From a virus (lineage: Duplodnaviria > Caudoviricetes), in IMG/VR virus record IMGVR_UViG_3300044767_000023, positions 1-64,000 of that record: a stretch of DNA of 64,000 nucleotides; one strand, given 5' to 3'. Each line of letters begins with the position of its first letter. Positions within the stretch are counted from its first letter, which is position 1. The position numbers were made by a program, and so were the translations under genes. A model generated the notes under the pieces. That model did no database searches. It worked only from the letters and a program-made list of their open reading frames with translations, and was not told the origin of the DNA. Below, piece by piece: positions 27,862-37,463 of this stretch.

Positions 27862-28952
27862 TTAAGGCTAGGTCCCTTCTGGCCCAGTTCATTCTCGAGC
27901 TCGAGTGTCGTGCGGGTGCCGCTCTTATCGTCCTGCGTAAAGGTCACCGACTTGCAAATCAGCGACTCGTTCATAATCAGCATCGGTGACTTGACGTGCA
28001 CTTGGTTCCACGGACGCCACAACACTCCGCTGGTGCGGCCACCCCTCGGCCCGCCTCCGTTGAACCATCCTTGCAGGACGGCTTCCACTTTGATCTGCTC
28101 GCCATTGATGGCGCCGTTCTCCGACCCACTGCGCTGGCTAGCGCCACTTTGCTGGGCCGGCATCTCCGCCATACTGACGATGGGCATGAACATATCGGTG
28201 CCCGCTCCCATCGACTGGGCAAAGCCACTTCCCATATTGCCGAGCGGCGCGCTAGTCGTTGGGTGCCCCCACTTTTGCGGCGTCGGCGCGTCTTGCCCCA
28301 AGGTGAGAAACGGACCGGAGCCGAATTCCATCGAAAGCGTCTCGCGGCCTTCCAGCATATTGACGCCTTCCTCCACCTGCCCTTGCCCTTCGGAATAGCC
28401 CGGGGCAGTGCCCCAGAACGCATCGCCTTTCATCGGGTCTACACCGAGCACGATCGAGCGCTGGTTGGCTAGCGTCTGCATCGCCTCGAAGGTCGTCTGC
28501 CCGGTTACATTGACGCGCGGGAACGGCTCCATATTGATGCCGGGCTTAGGCTGGAATTGCAGGCCGTATGGCTTGAGCAACGCACTCGCAATCTCGGGAT
28601 AAGTCTTGTCCTTCATCTCGCCGCCCTTGATGGTGGCAGCGCCGTTCACGGTCGAGTAGGTGTAGGACTTGCCGGTGATCTCGACGCCGTGGGACTTCTC
28701 GGTAAAGGCCACTTGCCGGGTGGTGACGCGCCCGCCGATGGCATACTCACCACCGAGTGTTACCGTGCAGTGCGCGCCGGGACGGATCTGCTGCGCCGCG
28801 AAGGCTTTCGCAAATGGCGTGAACTCAGAGCAGGTGAAACGGTAGTAATTGAACGCTTCCTTCTGGCACAGATAAACGGTGATCGACTTCCACTCGGTGT
28901 AGAGCTTGCCATCGACCGTTAGGACGCAGACTTCCCTCTGATTAAAAGCCAT
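27858..28952 (-). CDS. Baseplate hub / tail protein Mu gp44-like
   Basis: LTVDGKLYTEWKSI, VEITGKS, LWRPWNQVHV, GTRTTLEL. Confidence 0.85.
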   Translation of the reverse strand: MAFNQREVCVLTVDGKLYTEWKSITVYLCQKEAFNYYRFTCSEFTPFAKAFAAQQIRPGAHCTVTLGGEYAIGGRVTTRQVAFTEKSHGVEITGKSYTYSTVNGAATIKGGEMKDKTYPEIASALLKPYGLQFQPKPGINMEPFPRVNVTGQTTFEAMQTLANQRSIVLGVDPMKGDAFWGTAPGYSEGQGQVEEGVNMLEGRETLSMEFGSGPFLTLGQDAPTPQKWGHPTTSAPLGNMGSGFAQSMGAGTDMFMPIVSMAEMPAQQSGASQRSGSENGAINGEQIKVEAVLQGWFNGGGPRGGRTSGVLWRPWNQVHVKSPMLIMNESLICKSVTFTQDDKSGTRTTLELENELGQKGPSLK

Positions 28953-28957
28953 CTCAC

Positions 28958-31171
28958 TTACTCTGCATATTGCTGCTCGGTAGCGCGCTCGTTCCGGTCA
29001 GTGAAGGTGCGATTGATGTTGATGCCACGATCGGACGGCTCGAGGTCGCCGTCAGCGGTCGCATCTACCTTGACGCCTTTGGGGCCCTTCACATTGACTT
29101 CAAGGTCTAACTGGCCGTGCCGCGTCCACTTGATGGCACCGCCTTCGATGCGCTTGCGCTCCTGGTCCATCTCGGTACGGGCCCGTAGAATGTCCTCGGT
29201 CCGCAACACCTGATATTTGAAGTTCGTCCCAGTGGGGAAAACATCGCGGCCAGTTTCTTGTGCACTCTTCTTGGTAGGGGCATAGCCGAGGCGCTCCGCC
29301 AAGGCCGCATTCATGTCGAGGCCTTTGTCCTTGGAGCGCGGATTGATTTGATTAGGACCAATATCAACTTGCCGCGCCATGACGCTGGGTCGTCCTTGCC
29401 TAGGGTCCCAAACCCGTACCGGAGCGCCTTGCTGCGCCTCCGGTCGGCCAGCGCTAGCCTTGTAAGGAAGCGCCACGCCGGGAACGTCCTGGCCGTAGCC
29501 ACCGTAGTTTGGCTTCGGCTGTCCCTTCATCGGGCCGCTGGTGTACTTATCGTCCGGGTCGTCCCAACCAATCTGGCTGCCGAGCTGCTTGGAGAAGTTG
29601 CCGAACCAACTGCCCTTGACTGAGCGCGGACCAGCTGGCGGCATCCCCGGCGCTACCGGCTTGCCGGCCGCCAACGTTTGATCCTCCGTTTGGTTGAACT
29701 GGGCACTCGCCCCACCGCCGCCAAAGCCACCGCCTTTCGTTTGCATGGGACGCGTTCGAGCCTTCTGGCTAACACCGCCGTCGCTGCTGCCTCCGCCCGC
29801 TCCACCGCGGAGGTCGCGCAGCACGTCCACAAACCGCCGCATCTCAAACGCTAGCTTGCCGACTTGGTCAACCAAGGACTCGCCGGTATTCTCGGCGGTG
29901 ACGGTAGTAGTGCGCCGATCCTCGATGTGCTTGCTTCCGACTGCGACATTGGCCGCACTCAGGATGCCGCTCATATCAAATTTTGCATCCGACTCGGGCT
30001 TGGTCCTAAACGGTAATGGTCCGGCATCGTCGCCACCGGAAAACCTCTGCGGCGTGTTGTTGTCTTGCGTCACCTGAGAAGGCAGCTGGATCGACTCGGT
30101 GGACGGTCCGGTGCCACGGCGATTATTTTCACGCCAGCGATTGACGAATTGGATCCAGCCATCAATCGTCTCTACGAAAGCGGCGAGGTCGCCGGTGAAC
30201 GCGACCAGCTCCTCTCCTACCCAGGCCAGTATCCGGTCGATGCGCTCCCGAAGCTTGTCCCACGGATAATCCAACAGCGCTTGGACGACGGCTCTGATTT
30301 GGTCACCGAACTTCTTGGTATTCTTTTCGTTGAAATACTCCGACAACATTACAATCAGGCGCTTGAAGGTCGGCATCGCCGCCGAGATAATGCGCTTGCT
30401 GATTTGGCTGAGCGTGCGCTGCAGCTTCATCGACTCGATCTTGTAGCGCTTGGCGGCGGCTTCGCTGGGTATGACTACATTGTTAATCTTCTCCAGCGTA
30501 GCTAGCATCTCGTTCCAGGCCGCACCCTTTAGGCCCATCGCCTCGCCGTAGGCTTCCGCCGCCCATCGTCCTTCCTCACCTTTCCCGGACGCTGCCGCCA
30601 TGCGCCGGAGGACTTCCAGCATCGTAGCTTCGAGGCCGTTGCGCGCTAGCGAGTCCTGCAGCTCTCTGGCTACGATCGTGCCAGTGTCGCGGAAGCTACC
30701 TTCCTCCAACTTATCGCGCGTGGATGATTCCGTACCTCGCTGCAAGTCCCGGACGCTGCGCGCTAGCCGTTCGATGCCGGTGCGCGCGTCGCGGTCGCTT
30801 ATGCCCCGGGCCTTGGCCGCAATAACGAGGCGCTCAAAGGCCTCGTAAGTTAGGCCGACTTCGCGCGCCACTGCGAATTGCTTGAGACCGCTATCGGCAA
30901 AGCGATCGAGCGAGCTGGCGATGTTGGCAAGTACGGCGACGAAGGAGCCGCTGAAGATCGCCGAGCTGGCACCAAGCGCCAGTATCCCCGACTGCAGCTC
31001 CCGGCCGACGTTCTGGGCCGTCCGCTCGAGCGCAGCTAAGGCCTTCTGGCCGATCGGTGTGGTGCGCTTGGCCTCCTCCCGGACCCGCTTGAGCGCGGCA
31101 TGAACCGCGGTGGCAGTGCCGCTAACTTCGTCCTTGAGGACGATATCAATTTCGGTGGCGCGTCCCGCCAT
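28958..31171 (-). CDS. Tape-measure-like protein 3 with RlpA/DPBB-like lytic transglycosylase cargo
   Basis: Helical N-half paralogous to neighbours; GSWFG..GVALP..VRVWDP..QVDIGP..GLDMNAALAERLG. Confidence 0.7.
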   Translation of the reverse strand: MAGRATEIDIVLKDEVSGTATAVHAALKRVREEAKRTTPIGQKALAALERTAQNVGRELQSGILALGASSAIFSGSFVAVLANIASSLDRFADSGLKQFAVAREVGLTYEAFERLVIAAKARGISDRDARTGIERLARSVRDLQRGTESSTRDKLEEGSFRDTGTIVARELQDSLARNGLEATMLEVLRRMAAASGKGEEGRWAAEAYGEAMGLKGAAWNEMLATLEKINNVVIPSEAAAKRYKIESMKLQRTLSQISKRIISAAMPTFKRLIVMLSEYFNEKNTKKFGDQIRAVVQALLDYPWDKLRERIDRILAWVGEELVAFTGDLAAFVETIDGWIQFVNRWRENNRRGTGPSTESIQLPSQVTQDNNTPQRFSGGDDAGPLPFRTKPESDAKFDMSGILSAANVAVGSKHIEDRRTTTVTAENTGESLVDQVGKLAFEMRRFVDVLRDLRGGAGGGSSDGGVSQKARTRPMQTKGGGFGGGGASAQFNQTEDQTLAAGKPVAPGMPPAGPRSVKGSWFGNFSKQLGSQIGWDDPDDKYTSGPMKGQPKPNYGGYGQDVPGVALPYKASAGRPEAQQGAPVRVWDPRQGRPSVMARQVDIGPNQINPRSKDKGLDMNAALAERLGYAPTKKSAQETGRDVFPTGTNFKYQVLRTEDILRARTEMDQERKRIEGGAIKWTRHGQLDLEVNVKGPKGVKVDATADGDLEPSDRGININRTFTDRNERATEQQYAE

Positions 31172-33393
31172 CAGGCTGCTGCCGTTATCTCGCGCTCAAC
31201 CGTTACACGCTCTTGCGCCATCAGCGTGCCTTCCTTGACTTCGCTATTTACTTTGGTGCCGCGGGCGCTTCGAACCTTGACCTCGAGGTCGAGCGAGGCT
31301 CCCTTGTCGTCCTTCTCCCAACCGTTGATGGCGCCATCGACTTGCTTGCGGCCTTGGGCTCTCTCGCGCCGGTCCTTCTTGATGGCATCGATGATCGTCA
31401 TTCCCTCGTCCTCTTCCTTGTGCCCGGGATTGACTTGACCATGACCGTAGAGCGGGGTGTTGGGATAGTATTTCTCGATGAACTTTTTAGCCGACTCGAT
31501 CTGCGCTGGCGTCACGTCCTTGTCATCCTTGGCGATGACTTCCATACCGACGGTGTTGCGGTTGGAAAGGCCTTTGCCGAGCGGGCCCCAACCCGTCCGC
31601 ATATGCGACGAGCCCGGTCCGCCAATCTGCTTGATGGTGCCGTCGCGCTCCATCACGTACTGTACGCCGAGGCCGCGCTGCTGAAGAGTGGATGCAACTC
31701 CACTGGCATCACCGCGGCCGCTGGTGTGGTGCATGATGAAGGCGGAAGGCGCAGCCCCGCCTACCGCGGTCACGGCTCCCGGTTCGATCGCGCCCGCCGG
31801 AGCCTGCGGATCATTATCAGTAGTACGAGGATTAGCACTAGGTCCACCGGGCTCGGAAGTGCCGCCGCTTCGGCTGCGGCTGGAGCCGCCCCACGAGCCG
31901 CTACTGCCCCCACCACCGTAGCTGCCGCCACTGCCGGAAAAGGAGAAGACCTTGGTTTGTACACCGCCGGAAAGAATGGCGTAGAGATCGTCGAACTCAA
32001 CCCGCATCTCGTTGAGCTGCTGCTGGAACCTCGTCAACATAGGACGATCGGAGAACAGCAGGACGCCGCTTATGTCGGCTCGCTCCAGCGCATTGTCGTT
32101 GACCGCTACGGGCGCGGCGCGGTTGCCAATACTGCCCAGGCCAAGTTGCTCGGCGAGCGCCCCGCCTTCCATCGTGCCGGTCTCTACCGTCAGACTGTCG
32201 GAAGCGCCAAAGCGGCGGTCCTCGATGTTCACGGACTCAGGCAGATCGCCGGCATTCTCCAGCTGGTATTTTTCATACTCCTTGCTGACTTGGTAGTCAG
32301 GCCTCGCCAGGGGCTCGGAGCCGCCGGAGAAATTGACCGGAGTCATACCGCCGCCAGTGCTGCCGGTGATATCCTGCTTCTGCCAACTGGCGACGGTAGC
32401 AACGATGCGAGCCAGAGCGATGCCGACCCGTACCATGTTGGCGACAAACTTGCTAATGCCGCCACCGAGTCCACCGAGCGCGGCATCAATGCGCTGGCGT
32501 ATTACATCCCACGGCTCGTTCTCGATAATCTCTACCCAGCGTTTGATCTCGGCGATGAGCTTGCCCGCATTAGCGGGTTCGATCATCTTGCTTAGCCAGT
32601 CGGAGAGTGCCGACATTGCCGGCATAAGAGAGATGGCGATTTCGGTGTAGAGATTATCGACCTCGCGCTGCAGCTCTACCTGTGCCAGGAGGAACTCGCC
32701 CATCTCCTTTTCGACCGGCTCGAAATCATTCTTGGCGAACTCGTCGATCGCCTCTATGGCTTGGTTCCAGGCCGGGCTTTGAAGGCCGAACGAGTCGCGC
32801 CAAACTTGAGTGGCTTGCCTATCAGCGTCAGTCCCGCCCGCTCCCCGCCGCATCTGGCGAAGGATAATCTTCATGGTCTCGTACGGACGGTCACCGTCGC
32901 GCTCGAGTTGGGCGCGCAGCTGGCGCGCTACCACCGTGCCGGTTCCGAAGGTGCCGCCCTTCTCCAACATGGCGCGGGTATCTGAGTCGGTCCCCCGGCG
33001 CAGATCAAGGACCGCCTCCGCCATTGCCTGTACATCGGCTTCGGCCTGCTCCTTCGAAAGACCGCCCGCCATGCCGATCTTCACGAGCTGCTGGTACTCG
33101 CCCAAGGTCATATTCAAGCGCATGACCGTGGAGTTAAGCGACAGTCCTTTCTGCGCAAACTTCCCAACACTGATTGTCATTCCAGCGAGGCTGGCAACTA
33201 GACCGCCCGAAACTAAGGTGCCGGAAATGCCCAGCAATCCGAACACACTGCCGAGATTGCGGCCGACGCCATAGGCCATCGTCTCGGAGAAATCGACCGC
33301 CTGCTTGGCGAACTGCTTCTTGATCTTCTCCAGCGCGACTGACACATCGTCGCGAATATGGACGGTTGCGATAGGAGTTGGCTGCTTGGCCAT
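31171..33393 (-). CDS. Tape-measure-like protein 2 with N-acetylmuramoyl-L-alanine amidase (Amidase_2) cargo
   Basis: FIMHHTSG, YVMERDG, NRNTVGMEV, TPAQIES, YGHGQV. Confidence 0.78.
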   Translation of the reverse strand: MAKQPTPIATVHIRDDVSVALEKIKKQFAKQAVDFSETMAYGVGRNLGSVFGLLGISGTLVSGGLVASLAGMTISVGKFAQKGLSLNSTVMRLNMTLGEYQQLVKIGMAGGLSKEQAEADVQAMAEAVLDLRRGTDSDTRAMLEKGGTFGTGTVVARQLRAQLERDGDRPYETMKIILRQMRRGAGGTDADRQATQVWRDSFGLQSPAWNQAIEAIDEFAKNDFEPVEKEMGEFLLAQVELQREVDNLYTEIAISLMPAMSALSDWLSKMIEPANAGKLIAEIKRWVEIIENEPWDVIRQRIDAALGGLGGGISKFVANMVRVGIALARIVATVASWQKQDITGSTGGGMTPVNFSGGSEPLARPDYQVSKEYEKYQLENAGDLPESVNIEDRRFGASDSLTVETGTMEGGALAEQLGLGSIGNRAAPVAVNDNALERADISGVLLFSDRPMLTRFQQQLNEMRVEFDDLYAILSGGVQTKVFSFSGSGGSYGGGGSSGSWGGSSRSRSGGTSEPGGPSANPRTTDNDPQAPAGAIEPGAVTAVGGAAPSAFIMHHTSGRGDASGVASTLQQRGLGVQYVMERDGTIKQIGGPGSSHMRTGWGPLGKGLSNRNTVGMEVIAKDDKDVTPAQIESAKKFIEKYYPNTPLYGHGQVNPGHKEEDEGMTIIDAIKKDRRERAQGRKQVDGAINGWEKDDKGASLDLEVKVRSARGTKVNSEVKEGTLMAQERVTVEREITAAA

Positions 33394-33394
33394 C

Positions 33395-36394
33395 TCACTC
33401 TTCCTCGCTCGAGGCCGAGCTCTTATCGTCCTTGGTATTGCTCACGGTGTTGGGCATCTGGGCGGCGGACTTGCTGCGGGTAGGATTGAATAAGCCTTGA
33501 TCGCTATCGCCAGCACTCGCTTGCTTACTGCTACCAACCTCGATGTCGATGGCAGCCTTGCCGGTCATCACTTTGTTAGCCATGGAATTGACGAGCGAAC
33601 TGTCGACGATCTTACGGGTAGCATCCTCGTCATCGTTGCGCTTGAGCGCGAGCGTGGTGATGTTAGGTGGCTTTCTGCCCAGCTGGGAAACGTCGAAGGT
33701 CTTCGACTGGGCAATGCCGCGAGCAGTGGCCTCCTGCTCAGCTTTGTTGCCGGCATAGGCGCCTAGTCCTTCCCCAACTTTTGCCCCCGATCCGGTTATG
33801 CCCATATGCAGCTTAAGCGCGTCACTCATATAGCCGTAGCCCGCGCCACCAGCTCCCGCCCTCGAGGCCGCCTCGATAAAGGCTAGGCGGCGCGGATCGT
33901 CGCGGGATACAACTGCGCCGGTCTTAGGATCGACGAGGTCAAAGTCGGCGGCCTTTCCTTGGTCGTGGCGATGACTACCCGTTGCGCCCGGAGCGCCCTG
34001 CATCCGCTGGCCGCCGGAAGTAACGCGCACTCGCAGACCAGCTTGCTCGGCAGCGTACTGGAAAGCCGCATCGAGCCTAGGATCAATCCCGCCTTTGCGA
34101 GTGCCAGCGACCTGACCTTGAACCTGCTCGACGAGCGAGGACCCGTCGGCCGCTCGGGCTAATCCTTGCGGCGACAAGCGGTCCGGGCCTAGCATTCCCG
34201 AAAGGTCGATCTCGGAGGTCTGGGCGGTCTTTAGCAGGGAGACTTTAGAGGGATCGACAGCGGCCGTAGCTGGGGCACCAGCTTGGTTTGCAATTTGGTT
34301 AGCGGCCGGCAGCGACCTGATAGTGCGTTGCGGTCTAATGCCAATGACGTTAAACCGATTAGCCATAATGCTGCTGCCGCGCTCTCCGTAATTTCCAAAG
34401 CCGCCGGGATTTTTAGCGGCTTGGTTTGAGTCCCGGACGAAGGCTTTGACCGAGGCATCGACATCGTAGGCGTTGTTTCCCGGAACCTGCTGATGAGAAT
34501 ATTGGAAGACACCAAAGGACCCGCCAGCATCTCCCAAGTTTTTAGTCTTCGGATCAAAGCTTGACTCTTCCTTGGCCACCGCAACGCCAAACCGCGCCCA
34601 CTCTTCCGGCGTCCCTTTGGTAATTCCGAACCTTGCACCGTCGGGCGGAATGCCCTGCGGAGGATTGGCCCGGAACTCGGCCAAGAGTTTTTGGTAGAGA
34701 GCGCCACCACGGGCCGCTTCGGAAGCCGAACCCGGATAAGGACCAGTTGCGTCCACTCCACCACCGGGAGGGTTGGCGCCTGATGCCTGGGTCAAATTCT
34801 GCACCGGGGTAAACCCGCCCGTGCCGCCAGCGCCGGCGGGATATCCTAGCGAGGCCGAGCTGCCCGGCATCGCCGCGGTAGTTGCAGCTGGACGATAGGG
34901 AGAGCTAGCGCCGGCCGGGGTAGCTGAACCCGGAACTGCCGGACCCGAAGAACCGGGCGAGGCGCTATCGCTGTAAGGCGAACTGCTGGAGGCGGTGTAG
35001 GCGCCGCCAGTTGGACCCATTCCACCGGCACTGCCGCCGGGCGTTTGCGCTACGTCGCCGCCACCACGAAGCAAGTCATTGAGCCGACGCACCTCGTCAG
35101 TAACGTCCCGCATCTGGTCGTTGAGGTCTTCGGTAGTTTTCGCCCGACGAGTAACGGAAGAGAAATCAGTTGCTCCGCTTCCGCCACCGCTGAAGCGCAT
35201 CGGAACTTGGTTTGGATTAGGTGGTTGATCGTGGGGTTTCTGCGACAGACCGCCTTTGCCGCCTAGAATGTTTCCCCATTGCCAGCCCTTCCAGATGTCC
35301 ATATCCGGAAGCCACTGAGTGCCGCCCTTCTTCATCTTATCTTTAGCTGCATCACCACGTCGAGCAAGATCGTCGAACGTGTCCATGATGCGCTTGTAGT
35401 CTTCGATGTCAGCTTCGATCAGCTTCTTGCCTTCGCGGAACAACGAGATCACGCCACCGACGGTGGAGCGGGCGCCCTTCTGGATATCCTCCCACGGAAG
35501 ATTCTCTAGCTGCTTGGCGGCATCGACGAGTGACTTTTGAAACTCCTTGCCGGGCTCGGTGCCTAGCCAATTATTGAAAGTCTCCGCCATCCGCGTGAAC
35601 ACCGGCATCAACTCATTGCCGATGGCGGTGGTGAAGTTATCGACCTGCAGGCCCAGCAAGGTAAACTGCAGCTGGAGCTTCTGCGCGTCCTCGACGCTGA
35701 CGACCGTGACCTTGCCGATCTTTTCGATCAGCTCGGCACCGCGCTCCCAGCCCTTACCATGCAGGCCGAGCGCCTTCTCGATGGTAGTAACGCCCCACTG
35801 ATTGCCTTCCTTGGCATACTGCGCGAGCTTTTGCAGCATGAAACGGAAGCCCTGCTCAGGGCCGCCAGCTTGCACTTCCTTCATGAGCGCATCGGCTAGG
35901 GCAGCGCCGGTACGATCAGCCGTGCTCTTGACTAGGTCATTGTATAATTCGGAGAAGCGCTCCTTGCGGCCGAGCTCCTGGATCTTCCGCAGCGCCGTCT
36001 CGACATCATTGGCGGCGGTTTCGCTCGCCATGCCGGCAGCTTTACCGGCCAGCTTCCAACGCTCCAAGGCTTCGGCACTGGTGCCAAGCTCTTTGGCAAG
36101 ATAGTGTAGCTGCAGGCCCTGCGCACTGAAGTCCGCTAACGCCTTGCCGCCAGCAACAAGGCCTGCAACTAAACCACCACCTAGCAACCCGCCGGTAATG
36201 CCGAGCAGGCGCATGCCCGACATAAGCTCGCGGTGCGCTACCGACCAGACACGATTGAGTGACTGGATCTCCTGTTGGACGCGGCCGGTGCTAGCCTTGC
36301 TATCGACATCGGCTAATGCCAGCCGCAGCTTCTCGAGGTTAGCGAGAGCTTGCCTGCCATCAGCCTTGACGACAATCTCAATGCTATCGGCCAT
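33395..36394 (-). CDS. Tape measure protein 1 with lysozyme/SLT-like and peptidase M15-like cargo
   Basis: Follows frameshifted chaperone; VAKEESSF..GSFGVFQY; RVTSG..HDQGKAAD..LHMG. Confidence 0.8.
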   Translation of the reverse strand: MADSIEIVVKADGRQALANLEKLRLALADVDSKASTGRVQQEIQSLNRVWSVAHRELMSGMRLLGITGGLLGGGLVAGLVAGGKALADFSAQGLQLHYLAKELGTSAEALERWKLAGKAAGMASETAANDVETALRKIQELGRKERFSELYNDLVKSTADRTGAALADALMKEVQAGGPEQGFRFMLQKLAQYAKEGNQWGVTTIEKALGLHGKGWERGAELIEKIGKVTVVSVEDAQKLQLQFTLLGLQVDNFTTAIGNELMPVFTRMAETFNNWLGTEPGKEFQKSLVDAAKQLENLPWEDIQKGARSTVGGVISLFREGKKLIEADIEDYKRIMDTFDDLARRGDAAKDKMKKGGTQWLPDMDIWKGWQWGNILGGKGGLSQKPHDQPPNPNQVPMRFSGGGSGATDFSSVTRRAKTTEDLNDQMRDVTDEVRRLNDLLRGGGDVAQTPGGSAGGMGPTGGAYTASSSSPYSDSASPGSSGPAVPGSATPAGASSPYRPAATTAAMPGSSASLGYPAGAGGTGGFTPVQNLTQASGANPPGGGVDATGPYPGSASEAARGGALYQKLLAEFRANPPQGIPPDGARFGITKGTPEEWARFGVAVAKEESSFDPKTKNLGDAGGSFGVFQYSHQQVPGNNAYDVDASVKAFVRDSNQAAKNPGGFGNYGERGSSIMANRFNVIGIRPQRTIRSLPAANQIANQAGAPATAAVDPSKVSLLKTAQTSEIDLSGMLGPDRLSPQGLARAADGSSLVEQVQGQVAGTRKGGIDPRLDAAFQYAAEQAGLRVRVTSGGQRMQGAPGATGSHRHDQGKAADFDLVDPKTGAVVSRDDPRRLAFIEAASRAGAGGAGYGYMSDALKLHMGITGSGAKVGEGLGAYAGNKAEQEATARGIAQSKTFDVSQLGRKPPNITTLALKRNDDEDATRKIVDSSLVNSMANKVMTGKAAIDIEVGSSKQASAGDSDQGLFNPTRSKSAAQMPNTVSNTKDDKSSASSEEE

Positions 36395-36586
36395 CTAGCG
36401 TCCGGCCTCTTCTTCTTGCGCGCGGCGCTCGTCCGCGAGCTTCTGGCTTAGCTTGCTAGTCCAGACCATATGCCGCCGGATCGCAGAGAGTGGTTTAGCC
36501 AACCACAAATCCGGCTCGACGTTATAGAACCGCGCGAGCCGATAGCAATCCAGAATGAGGTCGTCTACAGATCCGGCGTGAAAAAA
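36395..36586 (-). CDS. Tail assembly chaperone, -1 frameshift extension (gpT-like)
   Basis: FFHAGSVDDLILDCYRLARFY..; reached via T TTT TTC at 36580-36586. Confidence 0.75.
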   Translation of the reverse strand, partial: FFHAGSVDDLILDCYRLARFYNVEPDLWLAKPLSAIRRHMVWTSKLSQKLADERRAQEEEAGR

Positions 36587-36939
36587 GGCAACAGCTGCCA
36601 AGCAATGCTATTCCAGTCCTTGGGGTTCATCATCCTAATCGAGGACGGCGGGACTGACGCCAGCCTCGACATCATTTGCGTCATCTTCTTTTCGTTGAAC
36701 GAAAGCTTGACGGTCTCCCCTTGGAAGGGATCGATATCGACCGGATTGCCACAGCGTTCGATATCGCCGCCATTTGGCTCACGGAAAACAAGCTCGCTCA
36801 CTTCCTCGCCGTTGGCCTGGATTGGTTTACGCAGCTTGACCGTGATAGGCCCGGATAGGAGCGCGGCGCCGTTAGTCTTCTGCGGCGGCGCAGCCTCTTC
36901 TTTCTCCGGGGTCTCGTTGTCAATATCTTCTTCTGCCAC
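36565..36939 (-). CDS. Tail assembly chaperone (Mu gp41/gpG-like)
   Basis: VKLRKPI..ELVFREP..LASVPPSSI..PFF; between tube and TMP. Confidence 0.85.
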   Translation of the reverse strand: MAEEDIDNETPEKEEAAPPQKTNGAALLSGPITVKLRKPIQANGEEVSELVFREPNGGDIERCGNPVDIDPFQGETVKLSFNEKKMTQMMSRLASVPPSSIRMMNPKDWNSIAWQLLPFFTPDL

Positions 36940-36965
36940 GCGGGTTCTCCTACGTTACTCGCGGA

Positions 36966-37328
36966 TCAGAGCAGCTCCTCACAGGTTGTGCCTTCGAAGC
37001 GCACCCGGAATTGCCCTTCACGAGAATTGATTTCGATAGCGCTGCGGCACCAAGCTTCCTTGAGCACGTAGACGCTATTGTTGGCGAGCTCGGCGGTGAC
37101 GGTAACGTCCGTCATTGCCTCCAGGTTCTCCACCGACATGCCTTGCACGTCAGTCAAGTCCCCTTCGATGTAGGGCACCCTCGGCAACTCAGAGTACCCA
37201 TGCACATAATCTTGACCGGCAATGCCAGCGCGCTCGAGTGCAGATGGCGATACCGTGAAGTTGCCTCGCAACGGGAGCAGTGCCCCGTCTACCTTGAAGA
37301 AGGCGATACCTGCAACGCGCTGACCCAT
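36966..37328 (-). CDS. Tail tube protein (Mu gpM-like)
   Basis: RVAGIAFFKVDG, HGYSELPRVPYIE, VTAELAN, RFEG. Confidence 0.92.
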   Translation of the reverse strand: MGQRVAGIAFFKVDGALLPLRGNFTVSPSALERAGIAGQDYVHGYSELPRVPYIEGDLTDVQGMSVENLEAMTDVTVTAELANNSVYVLKEAWCRSAIEINSREGQFRVRFEGTTCEELL

Positions 37329-37368
37329 GGGTCGCTCCTGTTATCCGATGATGAAGGGAGAAGTAATC

Positions 37369-37441
37369 GGGGCGGCAAACCAAATCGCAGGAACCCGCGA
37401 TGTTCCCCACCGATCCAGCTAGGTGGGATGGTTGCCGCCCC
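37369..37441 (-). other. Structured intergenic element (three-way junction) between sheath and tube
   Basis: Outer stem GGGGCGGCAACCA / TGGTTTGCCGCCCC enclosing two hairpins. Confidence 0.6.
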
Positions 37442-37463
37442 AACGAGGCGACGAAGGGGAGGC

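Noticed and set aside
37369-37441. tRNA gene
   Set aside because: Length is tRNA-like but there are only two internal arms, no D-loop or TTCRA T-loop in the proper place and no CCA
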